Made by a program: the position numbers and the translations under genes
Shown: positions 44,892 to 56,983 of the stretch, piece by piece
Position numbering within the stretch: the first letter of the stretch is position 1
Layout: each line of letters starts with the position of its first letter
Assembly (NCBI GenBank): GCA_051294375.1
Contig: CM119266.1
Location: 25,002,659 to 25,066,658 of the forward strand
Direction of reading: 5' to 3'
DNA: 64,000 nucleotides
Source: Paraspadella gotoi
Lineage: Eukaryota > Animalia > Chaetognatha
Notes under the pieces: model-generated
Databases searched by the model: none
Seen by the model: the letters and a program-made list of their open reading frames with translations, nothing else
What the model was told of the DNA's origin: nothing

Positions 44892-47800
44892 TCACAAATA
44901 GCCTTTTTCATCCACCTGAAGTTTAGCGAAATCGAGGAACACTTGTTCTAAAGTTGATTGACTGAAAGAATACTCTTCTATGTCTTCTTCTTCTTTTCTC
45001 ATTTCCAAAGCTTCGAAAACATCTCCCAAAGATTTGACGCAAGACTTGGGAACTTTGAACGTTATTTTTCCTCCTAAGAAAAAGAATTAAATTTCAAAAA
45101 TAGTTATCATCGCATACAGACTAACAGGGATAACTTACCAAAATTTTCCTTGACTTCGGGTTTTTCTCCGTTTGTCTCATCTTTGAAGTTTTCTTCCACG
45201 AATCGTTTGAACTCCTTGAAGCTCTCCTCCTCCATCTCCGGAGTTCTCGTCTTCATTGGCTTCAACTTCACCTCCAGCAGATACCCACTTCCATATTTGT
45301 CCTTGAGATGTTGCGAAGTCCCCACGCACTTCATCTCTCCCTGAATCATGATCGCGATGCGCGAGCAAAGTGCGTCAGCCTCCTCCATGGAATGCGTGGT
45401 GAGGATGGCGCCCCGTTCTGTACCCTTGAAGGTGTTGGTGATGGTGTCCCACAGGAACCTTTTCGAACTGGGATCCATTCCCGTCGAGGGTTCGTCCATG
45501 AGAACGATCTCGGGAACGCCCAACAGCGAGATAGCGAAACAAAGTTTTCTCTTCGTTCCACCCGAAATGTCTTTGCACGCTTTGTCCGCGTGTTCGGATA
45601 TTTTCAGGTTTCTCATGAGATAATCCGTGATGTCACGAATCGCGTCGTTTCCTTGAATACCTCGCACGGAGGCGTACAGGCGCAAATGCGTCCTCACGGT
45701 CAAATCCATATAGAGGGGGTTATGCTGTGGGCAATATCCCGTCACTTGGAACGCCGCCGATTGCGAGGAGGAAATGCTGTGACCTCCGACGAAGACTTCT
45801 CCGCCGTCGGCCTCGCATTCCGCGGAAATAATGTTCATGGTTGTGCTTTTTCCAGCGCCGTTGGGTCCAAGTAGACCGAAGATCTCTCCTCGGTTCACCG
45901 CGAAGCTGATATCCTTCACGGCGACTTTACTCTCTTCCTTCTTTCGTTTGAAGCAAAACAAACTCATCTTGTTGAATATTTTGTGGAGATTCTTGACGAC
46001 GACAGTCGGATAGTCGCGTTCGTCGCTTCGCAGGTTGGCGACCAACTTTTTCTCCGTTTCCACGTCCTCGTCTTTCTCCGAGTCCCCTTCGCTCAGATGA
46101 TTGGAAAAAGCTTCGTTGACGATCCCGTTCGAATCCTGTTCTCTCTTCGGCTTTTTCGAGCGACATATCAAGAAACCGTTGGATTTCCACATGTCTAGAA
46201 GAGGGAGCGCGATGCAGAAAATCAGAATCCACAAGAGAATCGCGGCGAAGGGCACGGAGACCAAGCTGTCGGCCAAGATGTCGCCGAGGGTGTGCTCTCG
46301 CTCGACGATCGTTGTCGTGCTCTGGAATTGCATCAAGTAGAACATCCCGCCAAACATCGTGTAGTGCGGAAAAATGAAAGAAAAAAGAAAATGCAAGGCC
46401 TCTGCGATTTTACCGTAATCGGCGTTTAAGTTGTTAATTACAATAAACGGGACCACTGAGGTTAATATAAGCAGACCCGGCATGGATGTGGTAACACTGT
46501 CTACGCTGTCAAATGCAAATGAAACTGTGTAGCCGAAGAGGACGAGCATGGGCAAGTAGGTGACGTAAAACAGAGCGAACATTGCAAAAGATGCGCCTTG
46601 GCTAATGATAACCACACTAAAACCTTTTACCGCAATTAGGGCAATGGCCATGATGAAATAGGCGCATAATATATCCCAGGTAAATACCGCCAACCAATAC
46701 ATATTAATGGTCACTCCCATGATTCTAAGTTGGCTTCTTGTTTTGAAATATCTGTCTTTCACTGTATCAACAGCCGCGTGCATGGGCACAGATATAGCAA
46801 TCGCCGATGCTATGAAGAATATGGAATTGCTTGCCAACGGATTGTTTATGCGACTGTTTGGCAACGCATAATTTGTCAACCTTATTTGTTTTGGTTCTGG
46901 TTGTGCGCTAGCTATTATGTTGGAAAACCAATTGACTACGCTGGGAACAATAGCATTTTTAGTAATGTTATAAAGGACCGTTTGATTTTCGCCGAGAGTA
47001 TTTCCTCGTAACAACATGCCCGCTAAGATACTTGTCTCATTGTTCTTGGCAAGAAAATCACTAATCGCGGTATCGTTGTTTAAATCTATATTCAAAAGTT
47101 CGACTTTGTTCGGTCCGTTAGTCGCCAAACGCTCGAAAGCTAAATTCTGTGGCTCGGAATCATAAAAAATTGTCGGGGAGGCGTTCACTGACATTTTAGA
47201 TCTTGAAAACATTAACTTGGACATTGGTATGGGATAATTACCAAAGGTTCCTGCGTCCTCAGGCACTAAACTCATTATGTAGCAACCCAAAACTGTCAGG
47301 GCTATCGGCAGTAAAAAAGTGAATATCACGGCGGCGACGTTCGAGAAAACGAGAAGGATTCGCAACCACACTAAATTCGAAAATCTCTGCCACACCAGCT
47401 GTGATGGTTTTTTAATCAGTGGAGTCGAGGGCATCGAGTTTTCATCTTCATCGTCATCAACTTCAACGATTAGATTTTCTAATCGATCTTCCGAATCTTT
47501 TTCTTCCCCAATTTTCAAAAAGACCTCCTCCAAAGACGTCATGCTGACGCCGTAACTCTGAACCCCGCAAGCCTCATTTTTAGTTTGCTCCACAAAGTTG
47601 TCCAATAGGCGAAACAACTTTGGAAAAGAGCGAACCTCATTTTGGGACAACGCGTAGCTCAACTCCAAGCCGTGAAACCGAATCTCCTGGGAGGAAGGAA
47701 TCGCTCGCTGAATCAGTTCCGTCACCTGTTGCCTCACGCTGTTGACGCAATCGCTGTTGAGCAACGAGTTCGACTTGAACAGGCTCATGTTCAGGTGGTA

Positions 47801-50195
47801 GCCGATTCCGAAGCGGTTCTTCAAGAAGAGCGAGCTGCCCATGCACCGAAGGCTTCCGTCCGCAATCACGGCCTTTCGGTCGCTGAGAATGTCCGCCTCG
47901 TCCATGAAGTGAGTCGTCAGCAAAATGACTCGATCCTTTTTCTCCGCTTTCAGAAGAGACCAGAGAGCCCGACGAGAGTACGGGTCCAATCCGGCCGAGG
48001 GCTCGTCAAGAAAGATGAATTTCGGGTTTCCGATGAGAGCTATGGCGACGGACAACTTTCTTTTTTGCCCGCCACTCAACGATTTCGAAGGGGTTTTCCG
48101 CTTTGGTTGCAGCAAAACTGCGTCCAACAAGCGATCTACCTCCTCGCTCACGTTTTTAACTCCCTTCAATTGGGCGAACATGACTAAATGCTCTTCGCAG
48201 GTCAAATTATCGAACAATATGTCGTGCTGAGGGCAAACGCCGGTCATGCTTCTTATTCGAGTAAGGTCGGACAATGATCTAATGTCGTAGCCGTAATACG
48301 TTGCGGTGCCCGAGGTCGGCATCATGAGTCCGGTTAAAATGTTGATTGTCGTTGTCTTTCCCGCCCCATTGTGGCCGAGTAAACAAGAAATTTGACCTTC
48401 GTAAAGATCCATACTTAAATCGTCAACGGCTTTTTTCAATTTTTTCGACTTACAACATCCCTTAGCGTCGTTAATCCAAAAATGTTTGCAAAGATTTTGG
48501 ATTTTGAGAACGTCCTTTCCATTCAATTCGCGCGGTATGGGTTCTACGTTGGAGGAGACGATCGAAATGGACGATTTGGTGACCGTGACCTTGGAGCGTC
48601 CCGCCTTTGGCAAACCCCAGTAACTCGGATCCAAAAAGTACCAAGGCTGGAGTCGATAGCCTAACGTCCCGGGAATGATGTTTTCAAAATAAACCGCCAA
48701 AATGAAGAACAAAATCGTGTCGACCGTCAGCATCACGAGTCCGTCGCTGACGGAAAAATTCCAAGTGAGGCTCCCGTTATCGATAATGTCGCCGATGTTT
48801 GAGAACTGAAGGCCTCCGTCTATGTTGTGGTCAACTACCGAGGCGGCATTGAGCGTCGACGCAAAGGCTAACGGCGGTAGTAGGGCCGCGATCCAGTAAG
48901 ACCAAACTGGAACGTCTTCGCCGATAACGACTGGGATTTGCAGTGCGAGATACATAAAGGTCATAATGAAAACTGCCAGAGAACCCAATGTGCCCGCAGT
49001 CTTGGCCTTTTTGATAAAAGCAGAGAGAAAGAAGGACAAGGAGACTGTTGACCAAAAGTAGAGCAACAAAGCGATGAATATGATTCCCGCGTTTCCGGCA
49101 AAGATTTTTCCGATAACAAAGAGGACGACGACGACAATCGCCAATATAAGCGCCAGCAGATAGTAAATCGCTCCCCAAGAAAGCCAAAAGGCCGATTCGA
49201 GCATTCCCATAACCCTCATAGAATCCTTGATCTTTTTCTCCTTCTCGTCGCACAAATTGACCATGAGCGAATTGACCATGCCCGACATGGTGAGAGGCAG
49301 CATGATGGGAAGGACAAAGCTCAACGCGATCGTATTGGGCTGGAGAAATGGCAGAGGGGTCATCTGAACTTGCCAATTGTCCAACCCTGGCACCGCCCAA
49401 GTGTTGTTCGTCGTCTCGTTACCATTTTCCATCCACTTCAAGATGCCCGACTCGATCGCGACTTGCAGCGCGACGAAACCGGAGGAGAGGTATTGATTGG
49501 CTGTGCAGTCGCCAAGTCCGTCCGACTGGTAGCAGTTTGTGTCTTGAGCGACGACGGACGGCGAGTCGTCGAATGGAAGCCGGATGGAATACTTGACCTC
49601 TCTCTCGGAAGAGTTGACGCTAGAAAAGACGACGCCGGCCGCGTAGCCGATCCGATTGACTCGGTAAGCGTCGAGCAGCGCCTCCTCGTCGGCCACGAAT
49701 CGTACCTCGTTGGGCAGAGCGCTGAGGTTGACCACGGCGCGGGCATCCGCCGTGTCGGGGGATACCAGGATACGTCGATCGGCGGGCGGAGAAAAGGCGA
49801 AGCGGCGAAGAGGATATCGTGGGAGACTCTCGATGGCTTCTTTACTTTTGGGTTGGATGGCCGCGTTGATGATGAGAACGAAGATGGTGATGATGACGGC
49901 GGAGATGATGGGGCTGATGACTTGGCTCGGTTTTCGGCGGGAGAGGAGAAAATTTCGAAGGACCAGCGCTGAGTGGATCGTGTTTAAAAAAGGTTAATCG
50001 CGTCTTATTTATCCTCAAATTATTGTTTTAATTTTACGAATATATTCATTTCGTTTAACGTAGGTTCTTTTAATAGTCTTTTAACGACTTCTCTTTTTTC
50101 AAATCGTAAAATAGATTACGGACATTAGATATGCGCCCTTTGAAATACAAACCTTTAAATTGCAATAAAAACCCCGTGGGTTTTGATTCTTCCAT
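44892..50195 (-). CDS. ABC transporter subfamily A (ABCA5-like full transporter)
   Basis: Exon 1 MEESKPTGFLLQFK (50195-50153) splices to a ~4.8-kb exon (ALVLRNFLL...); two TMDs and two NBDs (GHNGAGKTT, LSGGQKRKL, GPNGAGKST, ISGGTKRKL); last exon EYSFSQSTLEQVFLDFA. Exact stop uncertain. Confidence 0.93.
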
Positions 50196-50699
50196 GATTA
50201 AATTTTGACTTTTTTCGATTGTTTCGCAACGACGGTTCTACGATTGACAGTTGCAAGGCAGTGCGGACCTTACAAGGTTATGAAACAGCAGCCACCGCAG
50301 AAGGAGCGGCAGAATGGGAGAGACAGGTTTTTCCTTCGTCATCGTTCTCATCGTCATGTGCTTAAACTCCGGTTGTCAGGCGACCGCTTGTCAAATTAAA
50401 CTGGCTCAACAATGACTCAACATTTATTTAAAGAAGAACCAATATGGCACTAGGCAAAGTAGACTCATGTATTAAACTTGACAATGAGGCGTAGTAAAAT
50501 TTCTAAATTTAACTTTAATTAAAATTCTAAAAGTGAGGATCGAACAACATTATACTAATGTTCATTTATGTAATAAAAAAATTTATAATAAATTTTAGGA
50601 ATTGTTTATTTTTGCAATACAACGATTTTTATTAGTTGTATTGGCAAACAATAAACAATTCCTAATATTCACTTAGCAACGAAAAGAGAGAAAATAATA

Positions 50700-51875
50700 C
50701 AATAATAAATTTTATAATTTACGCAGTAGGCCATATTTATACTAGTACTAATCCAATAAATGTTAAATTTTAAACAGTTTTTTCTAAGATTTCTTTGCAG
50801 ATTTGGATTCGTCATAAAAAGTTGATAATAAGAAATATAACTCTTTTTGAAAAATTCCTTCATTTTAGTGGGTCAAAAATTAAAAAAAGCTATATTTTAA
50901 GCTGAAAATTAACTTTTTATATATTAAATATATTTTTTTAATTTTAACCCACTTAATAAAATAATTTTTAAAAATGATTTATATTTTCTTTTATCAACTT
51001 TTGACGAGGAATTCAAATCTGCAATCAAAATTAAGAAAAGCCTATTTTGAATTTTTTCGATTTAATAAGGTACTATTGTGGCGGTTATTCACACCGCCTC
51101 ACGTCCACCATCCGTCAGCCAAATCCATTGGCTCAGAGGGGGAACACACCATCCCAGGCGTAGTGTTCCATCCACAGTCCTAACAACTTCCCTCTGCGTT
51201 GGCAAAGCGAGACCGTCTAGGGTAACCGCGCCAGTGACTGGAGGCGTCACTGAGGGTCGGAAGCCCCCAAAGCCAACAGTGAGATGCCCCATCCCAATGG
51301 GCATCACAGGCAACCCGGCTGTTGCCATAAGTGGTGAGCCCTACTATCGAACACGCAACCTTCTCAGGGTACGCTACGACAAACACCTATGCCCTGCCGA
51401 CTTTGGGTACGCTACGACAAACGCCTATGCCCCTGGGGTACGCTACGACAAACGCCTATGCCCCCACAACTCGCGCTCTCTCTCTCTCTCCCACTATGGT
51501 AACAGTCTTGTCAGACACCTCTCAGGCTTGAGGAACCTGAGTGATGTCTTGGCCCGGGGATCCTGTGGCGGTATATTCACACCGCCTCACGTCCACCATC
51601 CGTCAGCCAAATCCATTGGCTCAGAGAGGGCAACACACCATCCCAGGCGTAGTGTTCCATCTACAGTCCTAACAACTTCCCTCTGCGTTGGCAAAGCGAG
51701 ACCGTCCTAGGGTAACCGCGCCAGTGACTGGAGGCGTCACTGAGGGTCGGAAGCCCCCAAAGCCAACAGTGAGATGCCCCATCCCAATGGGCATCACAGG
51801 CAACCCGGCTGTTGCCATACTATACTATATATAAATATAGCCTACTGCAAAAATTAAAAAATATAAAATTATTTT
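50700..51875. mobile_element. AT-rich foldback/MITE-like element interrupted by the TRIM insertion
   Basis: Left arm gcagtaggccatatttatactagtac (~50723) is inverted relative to gtactat|...ataaatatagcctactgc, which is split by the TRIM at 51077-51819. Confidence 0.55.
51077..51819 (+). mobile_element. Full-length non-autonomous miniature LTR retrotransposon (TRIM, family A; Helenus-like with tRNA-type promoter in the LTR)
   Basis: LTRs 51077-51329 and 51564-51819 differ at about 5 positions; ends tgtggc...gccata; TSD ctat; PBS-like tggtgagccc at 51332; ~234-bp non-coding interior; A box TGGCTCAGAGG and B-box variant GTTCCATCC. Confidence 0.9.
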
Positions 51876-52299
51876 TTTACAAATTAATATTTACTGATGG
51901 TATGTTGTTCATAATTGACTTTTAGGATTTCCGTACGTAACTTTCACTACGCTCTACTGGACAAATAGTTGCCTTTCTCGCTATTTCTATGGAGTTAATT
52001 TCTTTCCTATTTACTATTTTCTTTTATCAATTTTTCTCCTTTTTTTCCTCATCTTTCTCCTTCATTCCCATTTTCGTTTTTGCATAAATCAGAATGATCA
52101 TTGATCATAATACCCGAAAATAAACAGACAACCAGACTACTTTTGTATGTAAATTAAAACAGCATTTCTAATACAAACTTCGAAGACTTTATTAAATTAA
52201 TTGAACTTAAATTCATTTAATGAACAGAGTCATTTCGGTTTACATTAATAATATTGAAACAATATTGAAATCGTTACTCGGTAGTTTCTCCTTAAGTAC

Positions 52300-53165
52300 G
52301 TTAATACTTATAATCGGTTTTTTCCCCCAAGGTTTGACCGTTTCCATAACCATTGAGATCGTAAATACCTGTATCATGAAAATGTAACGGTAATGATCAT
52401 CAGATGCTTTTTATAGCCAAATAATTCATACTCAAGTAAACTTAAACTTTTGGTTTTACCGTCTCACCGTTTGAATTTCCGTGATCCAAAAAATTCCTGT
52501 TGTAAAGCTTTAAGAAAAAATGATCACAAATCACAATGAAAAATTTGCGTATATTTTAAACTATGTAAAAAGAGAAACACTAAAACTAAATCCTTACGTT
52601 GCCGCGGTTCCAGTCCAAACCGCGAAAGGAATTTCGGTTCCAGCCTTTGTCGATTCCTCTGTAAGGACCGTTGCGTCGATCCGGCCAGAAAACGTTGTTC
52701 AAACCTGAGAATGGAAAGTGGGCACTATTTTCCGAAAGCGCCGGTTTCTGTTCCTAATTCCTTAACTTAATTTTAATCCTAATATCCAGCCATTATCTTT
52801 TTCCAAATTTTTAATCTAATTATTAACCCTAATATAATCCTTAACCCTAATCTAATCCTTAACCCTAGTCCCTCAGAAAAATGCCAAACCCTAATCCATA
52901 ACTATATATTGTAACCTTAAACCTCTAACACTAATGTTTAACCAAAACCAAAACCTAATCCCTAACCTTAATTCTTAACCCTAATCCTTATGATTCTAAT
53001 GATCATGTCAACATGATTTTATTATAATAATATCATATTGTATTATATTTACTCGGGTCGAATCCATAGTTGAGACCGGATCGTCGCTTCCGGCGCGCGT
53101 CCACTTTGTGAATGGCGTCGTCTATCGCCGTCTTGACCCCGTGCATTTGGCTCGCGCCTGTAATT

Positions 53166-53205
<40 letters not shown>

Positions 53206-53363
53206 AGGAGAGAGAAATCAACTCGTTTTTTAGATATTTCATTGCATGGCGTCTCACCGCTTCGCAGAACGGCTTCAAGCGCAACCGCGTCGCACATTTC
53301 CGCCAACGACGCTAAAGAGACCAAGGCCATCAACGTCAACCCCAAAGTCGTTGAACTTTTCAT
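52300..53363 (-). CDS. Small secreted prepropeptide (signal peptide, pro-region, RRKRR cleavage site)
   Basis: MKSSTTLGLTLMALVSLASLAEMCDA signal; exon 2 ...HKVDARRKRRSGLNYGFDP; exon 3 SLNNVFWPDRRNGPYRGIDKGWNRNSFRGLDWNRGN; frame of the last two small exons uncertain. Confidence 0.65.
52820..52990. repeat. Degenerate interstitial (CCCTAA)n-like repeat in an intron
   Basis: Multiple aaccctaa/cctaat units. Confidence 0.65.
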
Positions 53364-55260
53364 GGCGAATCTGAAAGAGTGACAATAAAATCAGAAATAA
53401 AAAAGGAAGTGAAAATCAAAATCTTCAAGTCTTGATCGTTGAATTTCAGCGATGAATGTGACGATGTTCGTCGTTTTGCGACGAGGATAAACTAAATCGG
53501 GCGTTGTTGTTGTTGTCTCGCCAACGTCGGCAATTGTGGCAGATATCGGGGGTACCCATTATCTTTTATTATTCATTATTGAATAAGGAAGAAAGTAATT
53601 ACCATAAGTTATTTAACTTAAAAGGAGAATCTGAAAAGCAAAGGTCCTGAGTAGACTGGAACTCAAGACGACTCGGCGAAGAGACGTTGACGTTTTCCTC
53701 TGATCCGTAATGTACGTTCAACTGTCATGGTTAATCATCAAAAGGCAAACACGAAAAATTTTTCTGCCAACTTTCTTTTTTGGAAAAAAAGAAAAATTCA
53801 TTTGGAGCTGTGACCGAGGGGATTCTTCAGTCAATTCTTATTGATTATACACGTTTTTAATCGCAAATAGATGCATAGATAATATGATTCACTCTTATTT
53901 TCAGTTTAGATAAAATATTTGTGGATTTAAATCCCTTTTCAGTCGTAATACTATCAAATTACTATTAAATTACGATTAAACCTTCTCTCTTCCTGCCTCT
54001 TTTTTCTTTCTCTATTTTTACCTCATTACACTTCAAATTTATTTTGCTTGATTTGCACCCGAACTGGAGTAAATTTCGGGTTAGCTTAAAAAACAACAAC
54101 AACAAGAAACCCTTTTAAATTCAACTCCTTCCCAAATTTATCTATTTTTTTCTTTAAATTTCTTTGCAGTCGTCATTGTCTGAAAATCAAATTCCCGCCG
54201 CGAGTAGCTCATGCGAAAATCGTTCATCCAATTTCTTTACGCCAAATTTGAGAAGCAGAAACCAAATTCATCCTTTTTTTCCTCCGAGGCCATTTTTTTG
54301 TGCGACGCTCAAGGGGAAAAAGAAACGCGAGGGATAAATGTTTGTTTGTTTGTTTTTAATGTTTGTTCATCGAATGGGCTTTTTTTATATTCTTTCTCTC
54401 TTTCTTTCAGTCTTTAATTTTTTTCTTTCTTTTTTTATTTTTTGTCTGTCTTGTTTTATATCATTCTGTCTTCCTCGCTTTTTTTTCTAACAGTACGTGG
54501 AAACCTAGAAGGCTATAATTGCCATTTCTATTTCCGAATATTTAGATACATTTACATACACAGATTTATGATAATGGAAACGGCCCGTACTGGCTTATTC
54601 AAGGCCGGATGTATTGGCGCGATCCTTCTTGTCGGGTCATCACTCAACTCTTTTAACTTTTCTCGCTGGCAAACCATTTATTTTGTTAACATACGCGCCT
54701 GTTTTTTTTTCTTTTTTGGGGGTTTAATTTGAGTTTCCTAAAATGCGTTCCATCGCTTAGTATCTAATTACAAAAATGTGACTACTTACGTATTTTCGGA
54801 TATATAATATTCTTTCCTTAAGAATTACGTAGTGGAATAGTTTATCAATATTTACTTAATTTTAAAAAAAAATCGATATACAAATGAAAAATACCTTGAT
54901 ACTTTGTTTAGTTTTACTCATATGATCTAAGACTGACCGACCTAAAAGTATTTATCGACGTATTCCATCGATGGCGAAAAAAAAAATATAAATAGACTAT
55001 TAGACATTCCTCCGTCCAATTTTTTTATTTTTTTCAGCTTAGCCTCTCGAACCTTTAACTAATTAAGGATGCTTTCAATGTTCTTTTTTATGTATTTTTG
55101 AGACACTGATTTATTCTCATCGGCTTTCGTCAACGTCGTGAAAAAAAAAAGTTTTTTTAGTTTTCATCGACTTTTAATTCAATTACAATTTCCTTTTTTT
55201 TGTTTTCTATACAAAAGTCAAACGCCAAAACCGGTTCACGAATTTAAGCGTTCGTCAAGA

Positions 55261-55341
<81 letters not shown>

Positions 55342-56923
55342 GAGTGAGAGAGAGCGCGCCTATATCTTCTTCCAAGAATCATGAGCACCGTAATTAATTA
55401 AACAATTTAAAAAAAAATAATTCGTTGGGAATTCTCAATTAAAATCAGACGTGAGCTACAGACTAAATCCGAACGTGTGCGTTCAAAGAATTTGGCGCGA
55501 TAAAAAATATCGCGACTGCTCGGGGGCTCCGCGACCCTGGGAAAGCTTGTGCTAATTATCACCAAAAAAGACCGGAAAGAATTAGGCAAAGATTTGCCAA
55601 AATAAATCTATCCTTGTCTATTATTTAAAAAATGTTCAACTAAATGAGCTCGCGTCGATTCGTCCGGAATTTCTGTATGAAGCTCAAAGACTTTTAAAAA
55701 TGTAGCAAACTCTATAAACCTTCTCTCCGTGTTGTCTATGAAAATTTTCAAATTAATTGTTTCACTATTTTCTATTTTTCTATTTTATGATATATTACTT
55801 AATAAATTAATTAAAATAAATGATTATCTCATCTAAAGAAAAAAAGATCTTTAAATGATTTATTCCGGTTAATTAATTCTGAAGCCTTAGGGAGGAGATA
55901 ATGATTAGCACATGTTTAAAAAAAAATACGCTCATTTTTATGGAGACAAAAAAAAATCATTAATTAAATGGTTTAATGTTAAATGATTTTTTTAAAATTC
56001 GAAATCTGCGAGTTTTTTTTTAGACGGAAATTTATCTCTTTCAACGTAATTGATTATTCAATAAGTTTTTCTTGTTATATTTATATTTAAAAAAACTCAA
56101 CCATTACTAAGATACAAGATTCAATCGCTTGTAATCGACAATGGGAACAGCTATTTAGTCCCGATCAGTCGCAGCGGCAATGCGGCCCCCTCTATCACGG
56201 CCCCAACCTCTACCTTAAAACCCGCCAATCTCTAACCCACCGGCCCCCGCGTGCGAGGGGGGCGAACTTGCGACCCGAGCGGCGCTGGCGGTGGCGGCGG
56301 TCGGTGGCGGCGGCTGCGGTCGGTGGCGGCGGCGGCTGCGGTCGGTGGCGGCGGCGTTGAGGCGACGTGATTAAAGGGAAATATTCGGCGGGTGTGGAAG
56401 TGTTGAGAAGAAAATCGAAGTTGAAAGTGGGTAAGAGGTTAAGGGGTAAGGGGTCAAGAGTTTGGGGAGGTAATGGAAATGGAAATTGAAATAAAAATTT
56501 GAGAAAAGAGATAAGAACTGGGTTGAATAGGTAGGTATGTAATAAGGTTGAGAAATTAATTTGATTTAAAGATTTGACATAGACCTGGGAAATTCCGTTG
56601 GTGAAGTAACGAGATATTGAATGGGTCAAGGGATGAGAGGAGATCATTTCAATTGAGAAAAATGGAAGTTGCCCTCCCCCTGCCCCTTCTTTCGTTACAT
56701 ATCTAAAAGGGCATGAACCGTCGTTCTTGTTTTTGTTATTGGTATTGTTATTATTCTGATCATCATCATACGAATTAATTAAGAAGCTAAACTATCGGCG
56801 AGAAAATAAATTGCCGAAGAACATCGAGCCAAAAACAACAGAAACTTTACTACGATAGGGACGCGTTTGAAAACAAGGCCGATGAAGACGACGATAGGGT
56901 TACGAAATCGGGGATTACTTTAT

Positions 56924-56983
<60 letters not shown>

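Noticed and set aside
45150-49997. Many short overlapping ORFs on both strands
   Set aside because: Shadow frames of the GC-rich ABCA exon.
51367-51465. CRISPR-like array
   Set aside because: Spacers are only 2-10 bp, the context is eukaryotic and there are no cas genes.
51078-51710. 210-aa ORF across the TRIM
   Set aside because: GTG start inside the LTR, repeats its own sequence and has no Gag/Pol motifs; chance open frame.
52820-52990. True telomere or telomerase RNA template
   Set aside because: Degenerate, short and intronic.
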